Assembly: GCA_963803145.1 (NCBI GenBank)
Contig: CAWDLW010000004.1
Span: 1-49,658, forward strand
Length of the DNA: 49,658 nucleotides
Direction of reading: 5' to 3'
Source of the DNA: Methanotrichaceae archaeon
GTDB lineage: Archaea; Halobacteriota; Methanosarcinia; Methanotrichales; Methanotrichaceae
Position numbers and translations under genes: made by a program. Below the pieces are notes generated by a model. It searched no databases. It saw only the letters and a program-made list of their open reading frames with translations, and was not told the DNA's origin. Below, piece after piece: positions 41,286-49,658 of this stretch; the stretch's first letter is position 1; every line of letters begins with the position of its first letter.

Positions 41286-42560
41286 TCAGCGCACCTCCAG
41301 CCTGGTTCGTTCAGTCACTCTTACAGGACCGGCAGGAACGGTCTCATCGACCGTATAGATCAATATACTTTCACCTATATTGATTATCTTTCCTTGAATC
41401 TTGCCTCTAAGCATATGCCTGTGAAAATCCGGAGCAAATCTTTTTGTCTTATGCATTACCACCACCTCGGCGTCAAGCGGCTCAACTCCTTTTTTTGCAT
41501 AATTGATGTCCAAAGCACCACCGTCCCCTGCTGCAGAAATTTGGCCCGAAATTCTGTCTGGATTGTCTGGAGAAGCCCCCGTAGATACAATCAGCACGCT
41601 TGGGAGGTTCGATCGGGCAAGCCTCAAAGCATTTGAACCTATCATTGATTCCTGCTCCTTATGAAGTCCCCAACGACCCAAAACGATAAGAGAAATATCT
41701 TTCTTAGAGACAAAATCCTGAATTTGGGCACATACCTTGCCTGCCAGCACCTCTGCACGGGCCTTTATACCCTCAGCATCAGCCAGGTGTATGCCCTTCT
41801 TCAGCCCGTCGCTGTAAAGCCTCTTCAACCCTTCATCGATTACATCGTCGTGAATCTTCTCTTGGGCTGATAAATCAAAATGCTCCTTAGCCTTCTCAGG
41901 TAATGATTTCGATATTCTTTTAAAAACCATCGAATGGAAGAAGGGATCGTAGACTGAAACCGCTTCGATCTGGGCATTGAAGGCTTTAGCTATCTCTATA
42001 GCCCGCATCATGGCATAATAGCTATCAACGCTGCCATCTATGCCAACGAGAATAGATTTGCCGGCAAAGCTCCAGGGACTACGCATCAGTAAAACATCCA
42101 TTCCCTGAGAATAAAGGAGAACGCGTTCGGCCGTACTTCCCAGGCCCTCAGCTCGTCCCTGCCCTTGAGCACCCATGACGAGAAGATTTGCTTTTCGCTC
42201 TCCAGCAGCCCTGAGGATCTGTATATAATTTCGTCCCTCGGGAGTTGCACATTCATATTCAATTCCTTTATCAATAGCTCCATTAACAAGCGGCTCCAGG
42301 TAGGAGTCCGATATTAGCTGCAAGCCCTCTCCTATTAGACCTTCGTGGGTCCTCCTAAGGTTAACCAGACCTTCACCGCTATAGCCTTCAGGGAGTCCTG
42401 GCTCCATATCGCCAAACCGGGTACGATGAAGGCTGGCTGCATAAGCATGGCAGCCTATCAGATGAACGCTGCTTCCTTTTTCCGCCAGTGAAAGAGCTGC
42501 GTCTTTAGCAAGATCAGAGTGTATTGATCCGTCAAGAGCCACAAAAATTTGCTTGTACAA
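41286..42560 (-). CDS. Tandem universal stress protein with a C-terminal CDC48-domain-2-like extension
   Basis: Two Usp domains (IFVALDGS..LVMGAQG; ILVGIDGS..IVLGRWG) and C-terminal YTVDETVPAGPVRVTERT; aaggag RBS. Confidence 0.85.
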   Translation of the reverse strand: MYKQIFVALDGSIHSDLAKDAALSLAEKGSSVHLIGCHAYAASLHRTRFGDMEPGLPEGYSGEGLVNLRRTHEGLIGEGLQLISDSYLEPLVNGAIDKGIEYECATPEGRNYIQILRAAGERKANLLVMGAQGQGRAEGLGSTAERVLLYSQGMDVLLMRSPWSFAGKSILVGIDGSVDSYYAMMRAIEIAKAFNAQIEAVSVYDPFFHSMVFKRISKSLPEKAKEHFDLSAQEKIHDDVIDEGLKRLYSDGLKKGIHLADAEGIKARAEVLAGKVCAQIQDFVSKKDISLIVLGRWGLHKEQESMIGSNALRLARSNLPSVLIVSTGASPDNPDRISGQISAAGDGGALDINYAKKGVEPLDAEVVVMHKTKRFAPDFHRHMLRGKIQGKIINIGESILIYTVDETVPAGPVRVTERTRLEVR

Positions 42561-42617
42561 CTTTATCTCCTTTCGTCTCGAATATATTATAGCATTAGTT
42601 TGATAGCAACTGGACAG

Positions 42618-44213
42618 CTATTCCTCCTCTGGTTCCTCGTGGTGCTTCACAGTTACCTCTGCAGTCACCTTCGACACATACCAGAAGACCGCCAGTAAGA
42701 AGGCAAGAAGTATCCCCCATACTATGAAGATGCTTCCCAAAGATATTGGTGTAGGATCATTCATTCCTCCCGGCACAGGTATAATCTTCCAAATGGTCCA
42801 AGGGGCTCTGGCCGATTCCCTGACAAACCCCATAGTCATCACAATCCACATTCCTAGAACCCCTGCGAAGATGCCGGAGATACGAGAACTCCTGTGAAGG
42901 TTGCCCCAATCCTGCTCTTTGGCAACGCCCAGAGTAAAGACATCTATTATGACCACGATAATGCTTACTACGGATAATACGGCGAGGGCTATGTATTTGT
43001 AAATCATCTTGCCTAATGGATTGATCCAGGCTGTGGGATCATCCCTGAACGCGGCACCAAGCCAACCCGGGTTTACCAATATAAAGGCTGAGATCGCTGA
43101 AACTGCCAGTAAGGCCTTAAGTGTAAGGCTTATGTTCTTAGTTTCGATCCGATCCAATATTGCCCCCCTGCGGTCGATAAAATAAACTACTGAGGTCATT
43201 ATGAGGATTGAAAGCAGCGCCGCCATCCATAGCATCTCCCAGGCCCTAGGACCATGCATTATCATCAGGAAGGCCGTGGGACTGGCACCTATTATCTGCC
43301 TCATGAAGAACACACCTAGGATGGGCTGAACTGCGAGTCCTGCCAGGCCCCAGGCCATGCCGTAAGATCCCGACCAGTCCCAATACTTCTGAGCATTTGG
43401 ACTGCCCTTCTTATCCTGATAGTGGAACATGGATAATACGGCTATAAGGAAGCCGAAGTAGGATATGGCCGCTGCCAGACTGTGGAACTGGAGAGCCCAT
43501 AGGGTTGGGTTGAACCACCATGAGAGTAGTGTTCTATAGTCCATTGTCAGAACGCCAATGTAGCCCCATGTAATCTCAGTATTATTAGGCGTCAACATTC
43601 CTGATCCCATCATCTGTATCATTAAAGCCTGGAAGAAGGATGCGATGGCATAACCGAGGCCTATGAATAAGTGCGATGAGGGTCTCATGCTCTTCCATGT
43701 GTAGAAATATAGCCAAAGGAAGAAAATTTGAGCGCTCCATAGTAGAAGCGTTGCGAAAATGGGCCACCAATAGATATGAAAGATATTAAGCATGAAGACA
43801 GGATAAAGTGAGTAAATGAAAAGTAGTGCTGACGCACCAAAGGTAGCACCGACTGAGAATAGTATAACGCTGAAGAAGGCCATGGATTTGGCCAGATTTC
43901 TATAGCGCTCTCTTCTGGATCTCAGGAAAAGGAACTCAGTTATCACAATTATCCAGGACCCGCCCAGCGCTAGGTTCGCCAGTTGGATGTGGCCTGTTAG
44001 GGTTATAGCCATGAATATGGATCTTCCTTGGCTTCCCAAATCTACAGTTTGAAGGGGCAGCTGATTTTCTTGCAATGGCGGTTTTACCGCGTCAAGATCG
44101 CCCGCACTGATGGCAGTTGAAGATATAAACGCTCCCTGTTGTGGAGCGATATACAGGATCAGCATCAGGAAGAAGGCCACCAGCAATAGTACTAAGGCTG
44201 CCAGCTTTATCAT
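42618..44213 (-). CDS. Cytochrome bd superfamily subunit I-like protein, paralog 2 (CydA'-like)
   Basis: GHIQLAN, FHSL, GKM and MGFVRESARAPW; proton-channel Glu residues replaced. ATG at 44213. Confidence 0.8.
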   Translation of the reverse strand: MIKLAALVLLLVAFFLMLILYIAPQQGAFISSTAISAGDLDAVKPPLQENQLPLQTVDLGSQGRSIFMAITLTGHIQLANLALGGSWIIVITEFLFLRSRRERYRNLAKSMAFFSVILFSVGATFGASALLFIYSLYPVFMLNIFHIYWWPIFATLLLWSAQIFFLWLYFYTWKSMRPSSHLFIGLGYAIASFFQALMIQMMGSGMLTPNNTEITWGYIGVLTMDYRTLLSWWFNPTLWALQFHSLAAAISYFGFLIAVLSMFHYQDKKGSPNAQKYWDWSGSYGMAWGLAGLAVQPILGVFFMRQIIGASPTAFLMIMHGPRAWEMLWMAALLSILIMTSVVYFIDRRGAILDRIETKNISLTLKALLAVSAISAFILVNPGWLGAAFRDDPTAWINPLGKMIYKYIALAVLSVVSIIVVIIDVFTLGVAKEQDWGNLHRSSRISGIFAGVLGMWIVMTMGFVRESARAPWTIWKIIPVPGGMNDPTPISLGSIFIVWGILLAFLLAVFWYVSKVTAEVTVKHHEEPEEE

Positions 44214-44374
44214 ATGGCCCATTCCCTCTCTACATGAGCATTGATTATGAGACCACTATCCTTTGGAGTGATTGACAATGCGTGAAACCCCTTATGAACA
44301 GAGATGTCATCTCTAGCGCTGCTATCCGCAGTATATTCTTCCGCCTCATTAAATGTCAATCTCGAATCGCACAT
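44210..44374 (-). CDS. 54-aa soluble protein between the two CydA-like genes
   Basis: gaggtg RBS 7 nt before ATG at 44374; its TGA overlaps the next ATG (ATGA at 44210-44213). Confidence 0.55.
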   Translation of the reverse strand: MCDSRLTFNEAEEYTADSSARDDISVHKGFHALSITPKDSGLIINAHVEREWAI

Positions 44375-44385
44375 CGAGTGACACC

Positions 44386-45990
44386 TCAATCCTTCCATGC
44401 TTGAGCGGCTGGTTCAAGCACATCGACATCTTCAGGATGCTCTGCGGTTACTTTGGAGACGAACCAGAACACTGTAATCGAGAAACCTAGCAGGCCAAAC
44501 CAGATCAGGAATATAGCCCATACGGATATCGGCGTCGGGTAATCAGTCCCTCCAGGCACGGGTACAATCTGAAAGATAGTCCAGGGGGATCTGGCCGATT
44601 CCCTCACGAATCCCATGACTATGATTACCCACATAGCCAGGATGGCCGAAATGATGGCAGCCGCCCTGGAAGATTTGGAGATGTGTCCCCAATCAGGCTC
44701 ATCGAGGCTCCCAAGTATGAAAACCGCAGATCCCACGACCAATGATGCTATTATTGTTATTGTAAATAGGGCTATGTACTTATAGACCATTGCGCCAGCT
44801 GGGTTGGCCACTGCACTCGGACTATTTACGAAGAGTGTCCCAAACCAAGCAGGGTTCGCGTTGATGAACCAAGCCAAGGCGGCAAAGGCTAGGAGTATCT
44901 TCCACATTGGGTAGATGTTGAAAGTCCTTTGTTTAGAGAGTGTCCCTTTATGGCGATCTATGAAGTATATAAGCGAGACTATGAGCAGCGTTGAGAGAAG
45001 CACTACCATCCATAGCATCTCCCAGGCCCTCGGGCCGTGCATCATGTAGTTGAACGCCGCTGGTTGGTTGAGATTTATTTGCGTCATGTACATGAGCCCG
45101 AACCCGGGCTGAAACGCGAGGCCCAGCAGCCCAAAGGCCATGCCGTATGTGGCTACCCAGTCCCAATAAGCCCTGGAGGCTTGATCCTTTCTATCCAGAT
45201 AATGGAACATGGCCAGTGCAGCTATTATGTAACCATAGACAGATACCGCTCCAGCCAGCCTGTGGAATGTGAGGAACCAGACGGTTGAGTTGCTCCACCA
45301 GGCTATGAGTGTGTACCATGCCATTGTGAGGATTCCCGAATATCCCCATACTATGGTACTGTCCCCTGTGGTCAGCATGCCAGCTGCCAGGGTATCTATC
45401 ATCAACATCTGCAGGAAAACATCAACAGCGAGAGCCCAGCCAAGGAACTGATGCCACCCATCACTGATCCTATCCCATGTGTACCAGTAAGAGTAAAGGA
45501 AGAATATTTCACCTGCGAAGGTAAGGGCCTCGATAAATAGAGGCCACCAGTAGATATGGAATATGTTTTGGGTAAAGACCGGAAAGAGGCCTGCGAAGAA
45601 GAGCATTCCTCCGAGAGCCCATGTAGCCCCTACGCTGAAGAATATGACGTTGAAAAGCGTCTGGGATCTGGCGAGTCTCCTAAATCGCTTCTTTCCTGAT
45701 CTGAGGTAAAGGTATTCGGTGAGAGGAATGATCCATGCTCCTCCGAGCTGCAGATTGGCGAGGAGAATGTGGCCAAGCATTGCAACGGCGATGAAGATCG
45801 ACCTGCCCTGTCCGCCCAAATCTACCTCCTGGATGGGCACATTCTCTTCGAGCTGCGGGGGTACCCCTTGAAGGTTAGATGTTTGCAGTTCCGTAGAAGA
45901 TATCAGCCCACCCTGCTGCGGCACTATGTAGAGCACTAACACCAAGAACATGACAGCAAAGGCAGCTAGCAGAACTGTAAGCTTGATCAC
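44386..45990 (-). CDS. cydA: Cytochrome bd superfamily subunit I-like protein, paralog 1 (CydA-like)
   Basis: GHILLAN, IEALTFAGE, FHRL, GAM and MGFVRESARSPW. GTG at 45990 (VIKL) matches the paralog's MIKL start. Confidence 0.82.
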   Translation of the reverse strand: MIKLTVLLAAFAVMFLVLVLYIVPQQGGLISSTELQTSNLQGVPPQLEENVPIQEVDLGGQGRSIFIAVAMLGHILLANLQLGGAWIIPLTEYLYLRSGKKRFRRLARSQTLFNVIFFSVGATWALGGMLFFAGLFPVFTQNIFHIYWWPLFIEALTFAGEIFFLYSYWYTWDRISDGWHQFLGWALAVDVFLQMLMIDTLAAGMLTTGDSTIVWGYSGILTMAWYTLIAWWSNSTVWFLTFHRLAGAVSVYGYIIAALAMFHYLDRKDQASRAYWDWVATYGMAFGLLGLAFQPGFGLMYMTQINLNQPAAFNYMMHGPRAWEMLWMVVLLSTLLIVSLIYFIDRHKGTLSKQRTFNIYPMWKILLAFAALAWFINANPAWFGTLFVNSPSAVANPAGAMVYKYIALFTITIIASLVVGSAVFILGSLDEPDWGHISKSSRAAAIISAILAMWVIIVMGFVRESARSPWTIFQIVPVPGGTDYPTPISVWAIFLIWFGLLGFSITVFWFVSKVTAEHPEDVDVLEPAAQAWKD

Positions 45991-46154
45991 CGTTTCATAT
46001 CCCGAAAATCCATTTACTATTAGCAATATTATGGGCAGTAAGTCATTATAAATTTTATGGTAACCTCTAACCAAACCAATATGCCAAAAATGAATGGACT
46101 CAATAAATTCTAAGGACGATTCATTCAGAATTCTCAGGTTTAGAATTTTAGAGT

Positions 46155-46886
46155 CTATTGTACCATAAACTGACCATTCATCTGAGTTGGGTGGACATCG
46201 CACTGGAAATAGTATGTGCCCGGCTTGCCTGGAGCGGTGAATGTATATGTGGTCTTAGCGGGGCCGGTCACTATCTGCCCCTTGAATATAGCGTTTGTGG
46301 CTGCGGATGATTGATAGACTGCAAAGTTATGGGGCACGCCGCTGTCCTGATTATTGAAGTTGATAGTTACCTGAGCATCAGCGGGCACAGTGATCTTGCT
46401 GGTGTTGAAGGCTATGTTCTTGGCCACAAGTCCTATGGTTATCTTTTGTGTCTGAGTTGTTTTATTGGCTTGAGCGGTCTTGTTGGCCAGCGCAGTAGAC
46501 GCAGGCAGCTCAGTAACCTTGGGCAGAGTGCCGTTTGCATTGGCAACAATTACCTGCCCCTGCATGGATGGTTTCTCTTTAGAATGATACCTGTACGCTC
46601 CGGGCTGCAGGAAGATGTAATCATACTCGTAACCATTGGGGTAAATCTCTCCAGAGTCGAATGAGCTATCGTCAGCAACTACATCAATGGGGTTCATATC
46701 GTGGTTGGCCCATGTAACAGTCGTATTAAGGGGGACTGTAAGGTTGTCTGGGTTGAACGTACCATTCTTTATATCTATCAGCTTGCCTGGAGGCAATCCC
46801 TGGCTCGAAGGTGCGCTTGCCTGCGTACAAGTCGATAATCCTAGAATCAATGCCAAAAGAAGGAGGATCTTGAAGAATCCGTTCAA
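46155..46886 (-). CDS. Exported two-domain cupredoxin (blue copper protein)
   Basis: Signal peptide. Domain 2 has PHNF...CDVHPTQM (type-1 Cu ligands); domain 1 lacks the Cys. gaggtgg RBS before TTG at 46886. Confidence 0.88.
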   Translation of the reverse strand: MNGFFKILLLLALILGLSTCTQASAPSSQGLPPGKLIDIKNGTFNPDNLTVPLNTTVTWANHDMNPIDVVADDSSFDSGEIYPNGYEYDYIFLQPGAYRYHSKEKPSMQGQVIVANANGTLPKVTELPASTALANKTAQANKTTQTQKITIGLVAKNIAFNTSKITVPADAQVTINFNNQDSGVPHNFAVYQSSAATNAIFKGQIVTGPAKTTYTFTAPGKPGTYYFQCDVHPTQMNGQFMVQ

Positions 46887-46960
46887 TCCAACCACCTCTA
46901 AATATTTCTATACTCTATAGTATTAAATTTAACTCGCCGGAGTGGAGAGGACGGAGCGGG

Positions 46961-46987
46961 AAGTCCCCGGCAAATTTCCGGGGACTT
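46961..46987. repeat. GC-rich perfect hairpin
   Basis: aagtccccgg-caaattt-ccggggactt. Confidence 0.8.
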
Positions 46988-47015
46988 TATTTGCCTGTAT
47001 TTTAGGGCATGTATT

Positions 47016-47507
47016 TTAGGTGCTAAAACCACTCCACCTGCCGCTGCCTATTGATGCTTCTGACGTGGGTTGATGCAGTGTACTGGCTCCTTTTGCATGC
47101 TGGAATCTCAGGCCCATCTCTTGAAGCTCAGCGTTGTCTATAATGCTTTTGGCGATATCAAATATAGGGCCTTCTTCCTCCCGGATATGGCTTAAAGATA
47201 TGTCCCTGAAGACCTGCAGCTTAGCTACCCACCATGGATCATCCTTTGGCGTTAATGAGAGATCATCCATTGAGATTCTGGCGATGTTGTGCGCCTCAAT
47301 GGATTTCATCATAGCCTCCGGAGCCTGCTGATTAATCGCAAGATAAAATACATCCTCTTCGGCCCTCATATGATCCAGATTATCCTTCATCACGGCATTG
47401 AATTTATCTTCTCTGGAGCCATCGGCATTCTTCTCGAGCTGGGCAATGCCGTCCAGCAATTTCTGATGATCCGATTTAATTATCCATAGTTCTCTATTGA
47501 TTATCAA
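47016..47507 (-). CDS. Hemerythrin-domain protein
   Basis: DH, HMRAEE, AH and HIREEE. Confidence 0.85.
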   Translation of the reverse strand: MIINRELWIIKSDHQKLLDGIAQLEKNADGSREDKFNAVMKDNLDHMRAEEDVFYLAINQQAPEAMMKSIEAHNIARISMDDLSLTPKDDPWWVAKLQVFRDISLSHIREEEGPIFDIAKSIIDNAELQEMGLRFQHAKGASTLHQPTSEASIGSGRWSGFST

Positions 47508-47545
47508 TCGTAGTTAGGAAGATAAAAATAAGGAGGCTATTTGTC

Positions 47546-48469
47546 TCATAGCCCCCCGTTCGGCATATCGAGAAAATCTTCTACTATCTTTGAAAACTCA
47601 TCAGGGAACTGATAAATCAGGCCATGTCCGGCTCCTTCAAACCTGATTAACCAGGACCCCGGTATTTGCTTCGCCAGTATCAGTGAGTTCTCTGGAGGCG
47701 CAATCTTATCTTCAGTCCCTACTATTACGAGCGTAGGCCTGCTTATATTTGTAAGCCGATCGTATGTTCCCGCCCAATATCCAATGGCTGCATTTTGCCT
47801 AGCTATGTTCTCTGGAGATGTAGTCTCCTTTGGAATTGGGAATTGCCTATAGAAATCTGGATGACTTTTAAGCCATTCCTCAGGGAATAGGAGACTAAAA
47901 AGCCTCATTCCTCTTTCGCTCGGGCTTCCTGTTGTGTTGGTCAGCTCCTGTAGTACTTCTGCAGATGGAGGAATAGCATGAGATCCGCCACAATCGCTTG
48001 CATATAATACTAGCTTGTCCACCTTATCAGGGTGGTTTAAAACAAGCTCCTGGGCTATAAATGAGCCCATGGACCAGCCCAAGATGTGGGCCCTCTTTAT
48101 TCCTAACGCGTCCATTAGCCCAGAGGTATCTTCAGCAAACTGCTCAATGGAGAAGTTGCCAGGTGGTGCGGTGGTGTATCCCATGCCTCTATTATCGAAG
48201 ATGATGACCTTATAGTTTGAGGATAGCTTGCTAAGAAGTTCCGGGGGCCAGAGATCCATAGTTGAGCTGCTGCCTATAATCATTATTAGTGGCTCGCCCT
48301 GGCCAAAGGTTTTGTAAGCAATGTCTATATCCCCCACATGGACTGTCTTAACCTCAATATTTGAAACATTTAGCAGAGGGTAATTATCCGATGTTTTACA
48401 TTTTATAATTCCAATAGGAATTAAGATTGCCAATAGCAAAACGAAGATAGCTATTCCTATATGTTTCAT
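47546..48469 (-). CDS. Exported/membrane-anchored alpha/beta hydrolase
   Basis: N-terminal hydrophobic segment, DNRGMG, GWSMG, GTED and GAGHG. Confidence 0.9.
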   Translation of the reverse strand: MKHIGIAIFVLLLAILIPIGIIKCKTSDNYPLLNVSNIEVKTVHVGDIDIAYKTFGQGEPLIMIIGSSSTMDLWPPELLSKLSSNYKVIIFDNRGMGYTTAPPGNFSIEQFAEDTSGLMDALGIKRAHILGWSMGSFIAQELVLNHPDKVDKLVLYASDCGGSHAIPPSAEVLQELTNTTGSPSERGMRLFSLLFPEEWLKSHPDFYRQFPIPKETTSPENIARQNAAIGYWAGTYDRLTNISRPTLVIVGTEDKIAPPENSLILAKQIPGSWLIRFEGAGHGLIYQFPDEFSKIVEDFLDMPNGGL

Positions 48470-48517
48470 ATTCCCTCCCAATTATTTGGAGCTATGCCGA
48501 CTTTCTATATTTAATTT

Positions 48518-48799
48518 TTACGTTTGACTTAATCCCATCGACCCTAATATACTGCTAATTTCAGGCAAGGCGCCAATGGCTGCAACCTCTATCTGCTTGC
48601 CAATTCGACAACCAGAAGAATAATCGATAACTACTCTGCCGTTTTCTCTTGGAACAGGCGGTGCAAAAGCAGCGAAGTAAAGCCAGTCAGGCATTATGCC
48701 TCTTGGCGAGCATGTGGAAAATCCAAGAAACATGCCGCCCCTATATTTGCTCATCATGGTCTCATCTGCTGTAAGTATTATTGTAGGAGATTTTTCCAT
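48518..48799 (-). pseudogene. N-terminal fragment of an archaeal B12-binding radical SAM protein
   Basis: IILTADETMMSKYRGGMFLGFSTC..P is typical of that family's N-terminus. aggtga RBS. Similarity is lost after about 55 aa and there is no CxxxCxxC. Confidence 0.6.
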
Positions 48800-49658
48800 T
48801 CAGTCACCTTAATCAATGGTCATTCAATGCTGAAGGGGTTCAAGCATATCGTTCATACTTGGATGTTTGGTAATATTACTTTTCTATGTTATTTTAAATA
48901 TTCGCTGAAATACGTTACCAGTAGGCAAATCAGCGTTAAATATACCGCTAAACTAATGGCAATAGTATGCTTCGCTGTATTGAGAATCCTCTGCGATTTA
49001 GGACTGGTATTTGCATAATGGACCATGTGAAAATTTTTCTTATATTTGATCAAAAAGGCTCCAAATAATATTATGAAAACTTAATTCATTCCAAATCGAA
49101 TTGATTTAGTAATATTATATCTACAAATATAAAGGAAGATCCAACAGATATGTGATTAGGTCAATGGAGACCAAGTTCCAAAAATTTTAAATGTCTTCTG
49201 CAGCAAATATATTTGAGCGTATAGCTTAGGTGTTTTAAATGAAATTAAAATTTTGGGCAACTGTGATTGTTGTTGTGATATCCGCATTAATACTTCGCCT
49301 GTTATCCATAATACGAACAAGGTCCGAGCAATATCTGTCTCGGGCCAAGAAATGGATAGGCGGGTTCAGCCTAAGAAATGATCTGAGGTCTAGTCTACGC
49401 ATTTTCAATCGTTAATGGCATCTAGAAGATGCTGAATGTGGGATTACTTTATATATCCCTCATTAATCCTGATATTTCAACCTTGCATTGGAAAGAACTA
49501 TGCTAAAAACCTGGAAGGATGATGCCTTGGTTAATTGGTTAAAGCTTTGCAGCGATGTTCTCGGAGTAATAGCTGTTCAGTTGCTATTTTATTTGCATTT
49601 CTTTTACCGAAAAGAGTTTAATCTTTTTGACTCCATTAAGAATGAGAAAAGATGAAAT

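Noticed and set aside
45991-46203. 71-aa N-terminal extension of CydA-like paralog 1 in the ORF track
   Set aside because: It overlaps the cupredoxin gene, is AT-rich with a TATA-like box (~46046-46052), and is absent from paralog 2.
48827-49018. 63-aa plus-strand ORF
   Set aside because: AT-rich intergenic composition, with no RBS or recognisable motif.

Overview
Archaeal chromosomal window, very likely from an acetoclastic Methanothrix (Methanosaeta)-type methanogen. This is inferred from at least three tandem AMP-forming acetyl-CoA synthetase genes, archaeal Rpp21 and methionine adenosyltransferase, and BRE/TATA promoters. The rest is housekeeping genes (rnp4, uvrC-uvrB, mat, ArsA/GET3 ATPase, PAPS-reductase-family Fe-S protein), redox and metal genes, secreted hypotheticals, one AT-rich IS element and several gene relics. 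No rRNA, tRNA or CRISPR array was seen. Two candidates for undescribed systems stand out. (1) 39.7-46.9 kb, minus strand: an exported two-domain cupredoxin, two tandem CydA-like (cytochrome bd superfamily) paralogs with no CydB and no quinol-binding Q-loop, a translationally coupled 54-aa ORF, a double-Usp protein and an ABC exporter. (2) 7.1-8.9 kb: a HEAT-repeat protein fused to a SidJ-like pseudokinase/polyglutamylase domain, next to RNase P Rpp21 and directly after the acs array. Also noted are strongly base-paired acs 5' leaders and several unannotated small proteins. All family calls come from motif recognition by eye, not from database searches.
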